DNA of 50,910 nucleotides. Source: a virus (Duplodnaviria; Caudoviricetes). The translations under genes were made by a program, and so were the position numbers. The stretch lies in IMG/VR virus record IMGVR_UViG_3300020147_000012, positions 1-50,910 of that record; one strand, written 5' to 3'. The stretch's first letter is position 1; every line of letters begins with the position of its first letter. This document shows, one piece after another, positions 42,982 to 50,910 of the stretch. Under the pieces are notes generated by a model that had not been told where the DNA came from, searched no databases, and saw only the letters and a list, made by a program, of their open reading frames with translations.

Positions 42982-45864
42982 TTAATAAGCTCCGATAATG
43001 AACCAGGCCGTGCCGCTCGAAATGATCGTATAAACCTTGTTGGCCGCCAGGGTGACGGTCAGGTTCCCGTCGATGGTTTCCGATCCGTTCCCGTCGATCG
43101 TGATCGTTCCCGCTCCCGTGTTCTTGATCGTGTAGACCCGCTGGGAATGGGACGCCGCTGCCGGCAACGTGACGGTAAACGTGCCGCTGGCTCCGACGAC
43201 ATTGTGGGCGGAAGTCAGGGTTGTCGCTCCTGCAATGGATGCAACTTTTCGGCTGTAACCGCCGTCTACCGCCAATCCCTTCGGGGTCAGGACGCCGCTG
43301 GAATCCAGGCGCATCAGCTCCGTACCGCCGCCAGCGTTCCATTGGGAATCGTTGTGCGATCCGCCGTTGTACCAGGCAAAACCGCCCGAGCCGCGGAAAT
43401 ACATCGTTGCCGACTGGACGCCGATGCCGTTGGAGGTAGACCAGAGATTGAGCATCTGGCGGGTCTGGGAGCCGAAGTTGAGAGCCGAGCTGGCAATCGT
43501 GCTGCCCGTGACGTTTATCATGCTGTTGGTCGATCCGGCCTCTTGGAAATCGAGCAAAGCGGCCGATTGCGAGGTCGCGGCTTTCAAGACCATGACCTTC
43601 TGGCCTGAAGCGTTGCTCCTGAACTCGGCCAGGGTCTGCGCGCCGAACGACAGCAGGATCTTGTCCGTTTCCGATGAGTCGCGGTAGGTAATGCCCGAAG
43701 CCGAAGCTACGCCGCCGCGAGGGATGAAGTACAGGCGGTTGGCGTAGCCGTCGAAGGTGAAGTAGCCGCCTGAGCCTGAGTCGTTGGCGACGCGGAACTC
43801 GTTGAAAGCGTTGCCTGAGTAGGTGAAATAGCCGGACGAGGACACGTTGTCGGAGAAGGAGCCGGTAGTGGCGCTCAAGCCGCCAGCCAAAGAAAGGGAG
43901 GCGTTGCCGTACATGTCGCCATAGAACTCATGGTTGTAGGTCGCGGTGCTGGGACCGCCGTAACCTGTATAGCCGGTCTGCGAATAGATATTGAGGACAT
44001 GGTTGCCGCCGCCGACGATCTCGCCGCTGCCGTCGATCCTGACGCCGTAGCCGTTCTGCCAGTCGCCCGCGATCAGGTCGCCGCCGTGGAAATTAAGGAG
44101 GGTTCCGCCGAGGGTCTTGGCGACGAACGATGTTGTTCCCGTATCGAGGCCGCTCCATTGGATGGCGGGACGAGTGCCGTCGATCCACGGGACCGAACTA
44201 TCATCGCCCGAAGCCAGCACGACCATATCGCCGCCGATGTCGGTATTGCTGTTGACGACGGTAAAGCCGGTCAGGGTTTCGTTGCCTGACGGCGAGACGC
44301 GCCAGCGTTCGGTCGGCGTGAAGGTCGAACCAGGAGTCAAAGCGGTATTGCCGTAAAAGACCATGAAGCCCGAGTCCTGGGCGATAGTGGAAGCGGTCGT
44401 ACTGCGAGCTGTCCAACTGCCGGACACCAATTCGCTACCAGCAGAAAGATATGCCTGAGAGTCGTTGTAACTCATCATGTATGCGCCAGCCGTGCCGCCG
44501 TTGCCGTTAACCCAGCGTTGGGTCGAATTGAGGCCGTTGCCGTTGATCGTCAAACCACCGAAGGTCGGCGTCGCGGCGGTATGGATGTTTTGCGGCAAAG
44601 AAAGGGTCGGGTTGCCTGACACGCCGTTGCCGTTGGTGACGGTGATCTGATTGGCGGTTCCCGTGATCGTCCGCTGCGCCCAGGTATCGGTTCCGGTCCT
44701 GACAGCAAGGCCCGTCGAAGACAAGCCCTCCAGGGCCGAAAGGTCGTTGGCGAGAGCCAAAGTCGGGTTGCCGCTTGCGCCTGTGCCGTTCGTAACCGTA
44801 ATGCCAGCAGCCGGAGCAGTCAGGGTGCGCTTGGCAAAGGTATCGGTTCCTGTTTGGACCAGAAGACCGGCCGTCGTATCAAGACCGGCCAAGGCGGTCA
44901 GGGTTGCGTCGAGTGTCTGCTTAGAGTTTAGTTGAGTTTGGATAGCCGATGTCACACCATCAACGTAATTGAGTTCCGTAACGGTTGCAGTTATGCCATC
45001 CAACACATTAAGCTCAGCCGCCGTAGCGGTGATTCCAAGATCAGCCAAGTCCTGGACCGCTGAATCAGCCAAGTCCAAAGAGGCGTTGACTGACGCATCA
45101 AGTTTCGATTCGTCAATAGAAGCCGATTTAAGCGAAGCAGTAATAGAAGGCGTAGCGTCACTGTAAGTAAAATCTATTTCAGCAGAATCCGTGAGGATAG
45201 AACCTACTGCATCTTGAGCGCGTTCATCGGAATAATAGAGATTGGTTAGCCCCTCACTTACATCATCCGTATCAAGAGAGACTACCCCTGTTTGCCCGTT
45301 AACGGAAGTTACAGAATCTGTGGGAGTCAGCAGTTCAGACCAGTCAGCCATTGTGCCAGCTGTTCCGCCATTGTGGGCGTAAGTCTTATTTAAATCAGTC
45401 CGAATAGCAATGTCTCCCTCTTGAGCTGTTAAAGCCAACTGAGAGGCCTCAGAAGACACGGTAAATACGTCAGTCAGGGCAAGGCCAGGAAGCTGAGAGG
45501 TCGGGATTTTGGAATCACCATCAAGCGTTGCCAAACCGTCAGCTGCACCTTTTTCAGCAACATTAAGCTTAGCGTCCAACTCTGCTTGCAGATCAGACTG
45601 ATCGGACAATGTGCCAGAGATAGAACCCCACACCGCGCTTGTCGTAGCATCCTCCCAAGAAGGGTCTTCGCCAGGACCGTTCGTTTTCAGGAAGTAACCG
45701 GAAGAACCCGCTGGGAGGCGGGCGATCATTCCGTTAGCATCAACGTACAGGACATCTCCGTGTTCAACTGGCAGGCCAGCGAGCGAGGTCAGAAATGTCT
45801 CTTCGGCGGGGGTTAATTCGTCGATTCCCCCGATGCCTGGATTTTGGGGGGCAAACCACGACAT
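42982..45864 (-). CDS. Tail fibre protein 1
   Basis: 960 aa with [16 protein letters not shown] and G.SGNPT repeats; C-terminal TVTLPAA...IKN...ETIDG domain. Confidence 0.85.
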   Translation of the reverse strand: MSWFAPQNPGIGGIDELTPAEETFLTSLAGLPVEHGDVLYVDANGMIARLPAGSSGYFLKTNGPGEDPSWEDATTSAVWGSISGTLSDQSDLQAELDAKLNVAEKGAADGLATLDGDSKIPTSQLPGLALTDVFTVSSEASQLALTAQEGDIAIRTDLNKTYAHNGGTAGTMADWSELLTPTDSVTSVNGQTGVVSLDTDDVSEGLTNLYYSDERAQDAVGSILTDSAEIDFTYSDATPSITASLKSASIDESKLDASVNASLDLADSAVQDLADLGITATAAELNVLDGITATVTELNYVDGVTSAIQTQLNSKQTLDATLTALAGLDTTAGLLVQTGTDTFAKRTLTAPAAGITVTNGTGASGNPTLALANDLSALEGLSSTGLAVRTGTDTWAQRTITGTANQITVTNGNGVSGNPTLSLPQNIHTAATPTFGGLTINGNGLNSTQRWVNGNGGTAGAYMMSYNDSQAYLSAGSELVSGSWTARSTTASTIAQDSGFMVFYGNTALTPGSTFTPTERWRVSPSGNETLTGFTVVNSNTDIGGDMVVLASGDDSSVPWIDGTRPAIQWSGLDTGTTSFVAKTLGGTLLNFHGGDLIAGDWQNGYGVRIDGSGEIVGGGNHVLNIYSQTGYTGYGGPSTATYNHEFYGDMYGNASLSLAGGLSATTGSFSDNVSSSGYFTYSGNAFNEFRVANDSGSGGYFTFDGYANRLYFIPRGGVASASGITYRDSSETDKILLSFGAQTLAEFRSNASGQKVMVLKAATSQSAALLDFQEAGSTNSMINVTGSTIASSALNFGSQTRQMLNLWSTSNGIGVQSATMYFRGSGGFAWYNGGSHNDSQWNAGGGTELMRLDSSGVLTPKGLAVDGGYSRKVASIAGATTLTSAHNVVGASGTFTVTLPAAASHSQRVYTIKNTGAGTITIDGNGSETIDGNLTVTLAANKVYTIISSGTAWFIIGAY

Positions 45865-45867
45865 AGG

Positions 45868-46563
45868 CTAAAGCTTAAAGTTCGCTCCTTTCTCGGCGTA
45901 GAGGCGTTTATAGCGGTCCTCAATAGTCTTCAAACCTTCTTCCTTGATCTTGACCTGCTTCTCCCGTTCATTGAGTTCTTCGATGCGGGGAAGAATGAGG
46001 TTCAATTCCTTTTCGTTGTTAGCACGAGTCCCGGCCAATTCTTTCTTGGCGGCCTCTAGTTCTTTCAAGGTAGCATTGAGAGCGACCAGATGTTCAGCCT
46101 CCTGAGCTGATAGATCCTTTGAAGCACTGGTTACTTTGGCGTTAAGCTCGTTAAGCTCTGTTTCTAGCGACTCTTTGGCAACTCGAAGAAGTTCCATGCT
46201 TTTAACCTCATTCTTGAGATAGGTGATCTTTTCTTCCTGGCGGGCGATAGTGTCTCGATTCTCACTGATCTCTTTTGAGAGCTTATCCTTGAGCTGATAG
46301 AAGCTATCTGATTCAGCTCCCAATTCTGAACGAGCCACGTCGATTTTCCGCATCTCGTTCTCGGCTTGTCGTAACTGATCCTGAGCTTCTGCCTTGATGC
46401 GGTTAGCTTCGGCAGTTACGGCGATTAGGCGACTAGAAGCCTGGGACAATTCTGATTTGACCTTGGACGTTTCCTCTTCGAGCTTAGCTAATTCATCAAG
46501 CGTCTGGCCAACAGATCTTGAGAAGAGGGCGATTAGTTGTTCTTTTGTTTGTTCTGATCTCAT
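45868..46563 (-). CDS. Coiled-coil protein
   Basis: 231 aa of continuous heptads. Confidence 0.75.
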   Translation of the reverse strand: MRSEQTKEQLIALFSRSVGQTLDELAKLEEETSKVKSELSQASSRLIAVTAEANRIKAEAQDQLRQAENEMRKIDVARSELGAESDSFYQLKDKLSKEISENRDTIARQEEKITYLKNEVKSMELLRVAKESLETELNELNAKVTSASKDLSAQEAEHLVALNATLKELEAAKKELAGTRANNEKELNLILPRIEELNEREKQVKIKEEGLKTIEDRYKRLYAEKGANFKL

Positions 46564-47300
46564 ATTTTTAGTTCCTGATCTGGGTACAGCTTCTTGAAGT
46601 GTTTCCTGAAGCGGGCAATCAGCACTTCTAGGTTACGTTCTCGCTTAGCCAATTCGAACTCCTTAATTGCCAAAAGTTCCAAAGGCTTCTGGATCTTGTC
46701 TTTCTCGGCTTGGATCTGTTCAGCGATCTGAGCCATTTCCAGATCCCTTGCAGATTTGGACTTTTCCAATTCCTGCCGGAATGATTGGATCTCTGAGACA
46801 AGGCCCTTCTTCTCCAATTCCAACGCGGAAATATCCGCACGGACTGACTGGGCCTCGGACCTCATCTCTTTCACCTTGGATTTAAGTTCTTCGATGGACT
46901 GCGTAAGCGAAGACTTCTTAACGGAAAGCTGGTCGATAGCTGATGTCAGGTGAGCGATTTCACTGACATGCTTAGCTTCCGCATGAGCAAGACGATTAGT
47001 CTCCTTGGCAATCTTGTTGTCAGCATCCTTGATCTTCCTTTCAAGATCCTGTTCTTTCTTTCCGACCTTTTCATCACGAACAGCGGCTTGCCTGAGAGAG
47101 TTCCGAACGGATGCCAGGACCAGCTTCTGTTCCGCTTGCAGGGATTTCAATTCTGCCTTTAAGGAGGCCAGTTCTTCTGAAACCGCCTCCTTGTTAGCTA
47201 AGAGTTTTTCCAAGTCGCACGTTGCAGACGTAATGTTGGCGACAATGGAATTGTAGTGCTCTCTGAAGTTATTGAGTTGTGCTTCTTGAGCGGGATTCAT
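46560..47300 (-). CDS. Coiled-coil protein
   Basis: 246 aa of continuous heptads; ATGA coupling to the next gene. Confidence 0.75.
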   Translation of the reverse strand: MNPAQEAQLNNFREHYNSIVANITSATCDLEKLLANKEAVSEELASLKAELKSLQAEQKLVLASVRNSLRQAAVRDEKVGKKEQDLERKIKDADNKIAKETNRLAHAEAKHVSEIAHLTSAIDQLSVKKSSLTQSIEELKSKVKEMRSEAQSVRADISALELEKKGLVSEIQSFRQELEKSKSARDLEMAQIAEQIQAEKDKIQKPLELLAIKEFELAKRERNLEVLIARFRKHFKKLYPDQELKI

Positions 47301-47305
47301 AAGGC

Positions 47306-47749
47306 TTATTTGCCCCAGATAGTCCCTTCAACGTAAATGGTTCCAGCATTGGTCGCAACGCCGGTTTCCTTTACCGAGATCCTGATGTTCTCGTAGAAGA
47401 TATCGAGGCCGATAGAGATAGTCGCAGCAGCGGCATCCGATCCGACAAAGGTGAACTCGCGGGCGGTCAGAGTAGAGGTTCCGCTTGATACCGATTCGTT
47501 AGGGATGCGATAGAAGTTTGTCCGGTCAGGGCTTTGGTCAACGCGGACTTCGATAGAGTTACCAGCCTCGCCAGATCCCATCGTGTACAGGATGTCGAGG
47601 TTGAGCTTTGAGTAACCGCCAGCCTCGAAGATCTTCGTAGTGGCAGCATTATCATAAGCATTAGTAAGAGCTACCGACGTTCGGGTGTTGGCTTCCGATT
47701 TCGAACCGATAAGAACACGGTTCTGATTTGTCGAGTAGTGGAGAGACAT
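47306..47749 (-). CDS. Virion structural protein (beta-rich)
   Basis: 147 aa in the structural operon. Confidence 0.65.
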   Translation of the reverse strand: MSLHYSTNQNRVLIGSKSEANTRTSVALTNAYDNAATTKIFEAGGYSKLNLDILYTMGSGEAGNSIEVRVDQSPDRTNFYRIPNESVSSGTSTLTAREFTFVGSDAAAATISIGLDIFYENIRISVKETGVATNAGTIYVEGTIWGK

Positions 47750-47751
47750 TG

Positions 47752-48057
47752 TTATTTGGTCTTAGGCTTGGCTTCTTCCTTCTTTTCTTCGGTCGTTTCA
47801 ACTGTTTCTGTCGAGACAGTCTCTTCAACTACAGGTTCCGTTTCTTCAACGGTTGGCGTAACGATAGGCGTAGGCTTAACGGTTGTCTTAGACTCTTCAG
47901 AGAGGATAAGGAAGCCGTGGATATTATCGCGCCAGTACAAAGCAACTTCGGCTGGTACGCTGGTTTCGCCCTTAGCATCAACCTCGTAAATGCGTCCGTT
48001 GATCTGGACTTTCAATTCGCTGTCAGTAGGATTTTTAACAATCATCGTAAAATTCAA
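47752..48057 (-). CDS. Hypothetical protein with T/E/K-rich tail
   Basis: 101 aa in the structural operon. Confidence 0.65.
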   Translation of the reverse strand: MNFTMIVKNPTDSELKVQINGRIYEVDAKGETSVPAEVALYWRDNIHGFLILSEESKTTVKPTPIVTPTVEETEPVVEETVSTETVETTEEKKEEAKPKTK

Positions 48058-48068
48058 TTAGCTTTCAA

Positions 48069-48476
48069 TTAGTGGACGAGAGTCCCGATAGAGTACATAG
48101 TCACAGCCGAAGGGGAAGTGAAAACGCAGCGGAAGATCTTAGTGTTGTTCTGACCAATAGTAGCGGTGCCAGAGATCGTAACGCCAGTGCCAGCAGTCAT
48201 GGTAATAGTTTCATCAGCGTCCGCAGTATTGCGGATGACCACATCAAAGGTGCCACCTACGGCTGGATCGCCAAGTTCAGTGTAAAGAGCAGCGGCAGTA
48301 GGGGTAACGTCTTCACGAGCAGCCCCAGCCGGATCGCGGAGGATCAAGCCGCCAGTAAATTCAGCTACGGTGTAGGTAACAGCCCCAGCGGTAGCCTTAG
48401 TAGTAACAGTGGTGCTCTGGACCAAATTATCGGTCAGTTCAAGAGCCTTTAGTTTTGTTGCAGTTTGTCGTGCCAT
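48069..48476 (-). CDS. Putative head decoration/fibre protein
   Basis: 135 aa, T/A/G-rich, downstream of the major capsid protein. Confidence 0.6.
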   Translation of the reverse strand: MARQTATKLKALELTDNLVQSTTVTTKATAGAVTYTVAEFTGGLILRDPAGAAREDVTPTAAALYTELGDPAVGGTFDVVIRNTADADETITMTAGTGVTISGTATIGQNNTKIFRCVFTSPSAVTMYSIGTLVH

Positions 48477-48760
48477 AATTTCTTAATTTGCAATTCGATA
48501 GATAATATATCCTCCAGCACTTCACGGTTCGTAAAATGGAAGGGGATATACCCGTTCTCTAAGAGAGAACTGTTTTTAGTAATGATCTGGTCATGGCCGT
48601 TGATTTCGATGGCGAAGTTCCCGATAAGGAAGTCCACCTCGCGGCCGTTGACTTTGACCTTGGCACGGAAGGGGACGCGGTTGCGTTTGAGCATTTCCGC
48701 AAAAACCCTTTCGGCTTTGGTCGATTTGCCTTTGGTTAATTTAAGGTACTGGTATCTCAT
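48449..48760 (-). CDS. DUF559/Vsr-like endonuclease (putative free-standing homing endonuclease)
   Basis: T.AE..F...L, EVDFLI, AIEINGHD and GY..FHF...E motifs; overlaps the downstream gene by 28 nt. Confidence 0.75.
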   Translation of the reverse strand: MRYQYLKLTKGKSTKAERVFAEMLKRNRVPFRAKVKVNGREVDFLIGNFAIEINGHDQIITKNSSLLENGYIPFHFTNREVLEDILSIELQIKKLWHDKLQQN

Positions 48761-48845
48761 GATCTCTTACCGACAGGCTTGTGAGATTAAGCGATGTCTT
48801 AATTGAGGACAGGAGTTTACGAACCCCTGTCAGGAAACCTAGTGA

Positions 48846-49820
48846 CTAAGCTGAGTAAGCAGCCAAATCACCCTTAGAACCCCATGACCGCTTCCAGTCC
48901 TTGGAGTAGTTAGCCCAGCGAGCGTCGATGGTGTAAGTAACGACTTTGTTCTTGATGTTGACATCTTGATCCATAGTCGGAGACTGACGAACCTCGTGGT
49001 AGAGCTTGGTGCGTCCTGGGACGATCAAGAACCACTGAGTGTTAGAACCACCGTTAGTAGCATCCAAGAATACAGAGCTTACCATGTCTACCGAAGCACC
49101 CTTGTAGATGTTGATAGCATTGTTAGCGTTCTCGGAAACCAACTCAGACGCGGTAACTTGCTGGCCCTTCTTGTCCTGGTTGAACGGAAGGACAACAGTC
49201 ATCTTGCCCAAGAGAGACAATGGAAGGCCATCGTCAGTCTTCTGGAGGGTAACTGCAACGCGAGCCGTTTCGAGGTTGTCATCACCGAAGGCGATACCAG
49301 TCGAAGAGGCGTTAGATTGCGTGCTGCCACCAGGGACAGTCGTCGGGTGAATAGTAGAGAACTGAGGCTTGCCGTCACCGTACCAGGTCATGTCGTAGCC
49401 ATTGACGCTGGTCGTAGTGGCGAAGCCGCCGTTGAACAACTGCATACCTGATTCGTCTTGCGAGAAACGGGAAGCAATTGATAGGTCTTTCATCTCGTCG
49501 AGCTCTGCGTCAAAGTCCCGATCTTCGATCTGGTTCTTTGAAACGTCAACATGCTCGCCGTAGTTTGTGTACAGTACCTTTGTAGTGTAGGTCTTGTAGC
49601 GGCGTCCTGCTGGAATGTCCTCACCGTCGCCATCAAATTTGCGAAGGCGGCCAATACCAGTTTTGCCAGTGAAGTTCTTTTGTGCTCCTTCACCAGTGCT
49701 GCCGATTAAGAGATTGCTGATACCAGGTGTGTATTCCTCCTGGCCTTGGTCGAAGACCTCGGCAATCTGCAAACCAACACCGGCAATCAGGTCTGTCCAA
49801 TTTGCGCGTGTTTCAATCAT
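48846..49820 (-). CDS. Major capsid protein (HK97 fold, Mu gpT-like)
   Basis: 324 aa after the scaffold and cement genes; LFNGGF, GDGKPQFSTIHP, ANNAIN, WFL and W..SWGS.G motifs. Confidence 0.85.
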   Translation of the reverse strand: MIETRANWTDLIAGVGLQIAEVFDQGQEEYTPGISNLLIGSTGEGAQKNFTGKTGIGRLRKFDGDGEDIPAGRRYKTYTTKVLYTNYGEHVDVSKNQIEDRDFDAELDEMKDLSIASRFSQDESGMQLFNGGFATTTSVNGYDMTWYGDGKPQFSTIHPTTVPGGSTQSNASSTGIAFGDDNLETARVAVTLQKTDDGLPLSLLGKMTVVLPFNQDKKGQQVTASELVSENANNAINIYKGASVDMVSSVFLDATNGGSNTQWFLIVPGRTKLYHEVRQSPTMDQDVNIKNKVVTYTIDARWANYSKDWKRSWGSKGDLAAYSA

Positions 49821-49844
49821 AAATGTAGTAGTTTGCTAAGAGGG

Positions 49845-50363
49845 TTAGACACCAAAGACAGACGATTCGTAAATGTTTACGATAGCCTGAGCTGAGTTGT
49901 TAGGATCGACACCCCAGTTGAAATACTGAGCAGTTGTAGTAGCGGCAGTAGACTCATCGAGAGTATCCTCATCAGTGATGTCGAGGTAGTAACCCAAGAG
50001 GTTAGAACCAGTGGTTGTGCCGATAGTAGCGTCAAGTTCAGCGGAATACAGGGATTGCTTAGATATGTCAACCCTTGCCCGATTCTTGGCTACCGTCTGG
50101 TTGTCAGAAGCAGTCAAGAAAGAACCAGTGAAAGAGCCAAATTCAGCTCCTGCGATTCCAGTTGACGGCATACCAACGCCCTTGTTTGTTGCGATTCCCG
50201 TGACGTGACCGAACACGAGAGCACCTGTCGTGCCGAGAGCAACGAAACCAGATGCAACCTTTACTGAATCGAGTTCAGTAACAGTGATCGAGTTTGCGAG
50301 AATCTCTGTGCGAAGAACAGGGCCGCCGTGAGGGTTCAGAGAACCAGCTCCTTTAAAAGCCAT
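49845..50363 (-). CDS. Putative capsid cement/decoration protein
   Basis: 172 aa, G/T/A-rich, starts MAF.G, between scaffold and major capsid protein. Confidence 0.6.
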   Translation of the reverse strand: MAFKGAGSLNPHGGPVLRTEILANSITVTELDSVKVASGFVALGTTGALVFGHVTGIATNKGVGMPSTGIAGAEFGSFTGSFLTASDNQTVAKNRARVDISKQSLYSAELDATIGTTTGSNLLGYYLDITDEDTLDESTAATTTAQYFNWGVDPNNSAQAIVNIYESSVFGV

Positions 50364-50386
50364 TGTTATAGAGTTAGGTTAAGTAA

Positions 50387-50910
50387 TTAACGGACGTGTT
50401 CTAGGATGCTGGCGACAAATGCTGGTTGCTTCGCCTTCATCTTCAAATACTTGTCCTTCGTCCATCCAACCTGTTCAAGCAGTTTCTTCTCCCGAGAATC
50501 GAGTTCAGTATCACTGTCGGTGACGGTTGGGTTAGACGTTGTGCGGGAAGTTGATGCGTAAGGATTTTTGATTTCCTTAACGTCTTCTGTTTTAGGCGGC
50601 GTGTCTTGTCCCCCTAGCAAAGCTTTCGCATTTGCCATGACAGAATAGAAATCATCGACTTCAGAGAGTCCGTTGACGTTGAAGAGAGCAAGCTTCTTTT
50701 CGAGAGCTATGCGCTTCAAGCCTGACGGATCGTTCTCAGGATGAAATTCCTTATTGTCTGCCAAAAACTTATCAAACGCTGTCTTTTTGTTTTTCGCGGC
50801 TGCTTCTGATTCCTTCTTGTTGAGGGCTTCAGCGACAAGCCGTGCGAGCTTTTCCTCTTCAGGATTCTCGGTTGTTTTCTTGATGCTGTTTTCAAGGGCT
50901 TCCTTGAGCG
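50387..50910 (-). CDS. Capsid scaffolding protein, C-terminal part
   Basis: The open frame runs to the window end and joins 1..290 through the overlap. Confidence 0.75.
   Translation of the reverse strand, partial: LKEALENSIKKTTENPEEEKLARLVAEALNKKESEAAAKNKKTAFDKFLADNKEFHPENDPSGLKRIALEKKLALFNVNGLSEVDDFYSVMANAKALLGGQDTPPKTEDVKEIKNPYASTSRTTSNPTVTDSDTELDSREKKLLEQVGWTKDKYLKMKAKQPAFVASILEHVR

Noticed and set aside
30393-50208. Many + strand ORFs opposite the structural genes (e.g. 42799..43608, 32703..33317)
   Set aside because: They are antisense shadows of well-supported minus-strand genes with biased codon usage.
1-50910. CRISPR array, diversity-generating retroelement, retron or integrase
   Set aside because: I saw no regularly spaced repeats, reverse transcriptase, TR/VR pair or recombinase motifs. 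The Cas4-like gene is a typical stand-alone phage nuclease.
1-50910. Stop-codon recoding
   Set aside because: Long genes are intact and tightly packed under the standard code, all three stop codons end genes, and no suppressor tRNA was found.

Overview
This window looks like a complete, circularly assembled dsDNA phage genome of about 50.78 kb; the first ~130 nt recur at the end. The layout is podovirus-like. The minus strand carries the virion and packaging module: terminase, portal, scaffold (spanning the origin), major capsid protein, adaptor/nozzle-type tail proteins, two tail fibres, ejection proteins and a papain-like endolysin. The plus strand carries the early/replication arm: an Ocr-like acidic protein, an AAA ATPase with a partner gene, a primase-helicase with a separately encoded CHC2 zinc finger, SSB, a Cas4-like nuclease, an exonuclease and a lytic transglycosylase, followed by a GroEL/GroES operon. 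I recognised no DNA polymerase, RNA polymerase, integrase or CRISPR array. One extended -10 promoter motif (TGTGGTATAAT and near variants, about 17 copies) serves both arms, and leaders are short with little Shine-Dalgarno use. A Patescibacteria (CPR) host is a plausible inference only. The most striking feature is a dense non-coding RNA complement. It includes five tRNAs, a tRNA lacking its whole anticodon arm, a ~217-nt RNA built on a tRNA frame with large insertions, a tRNA minihelix, a ~520-nt pseudoknotted RNA with its own promoter and terminator, and several further structured RNAs. All structures were folded by eye and all protein calls come from motif recognition; no database searches were run.
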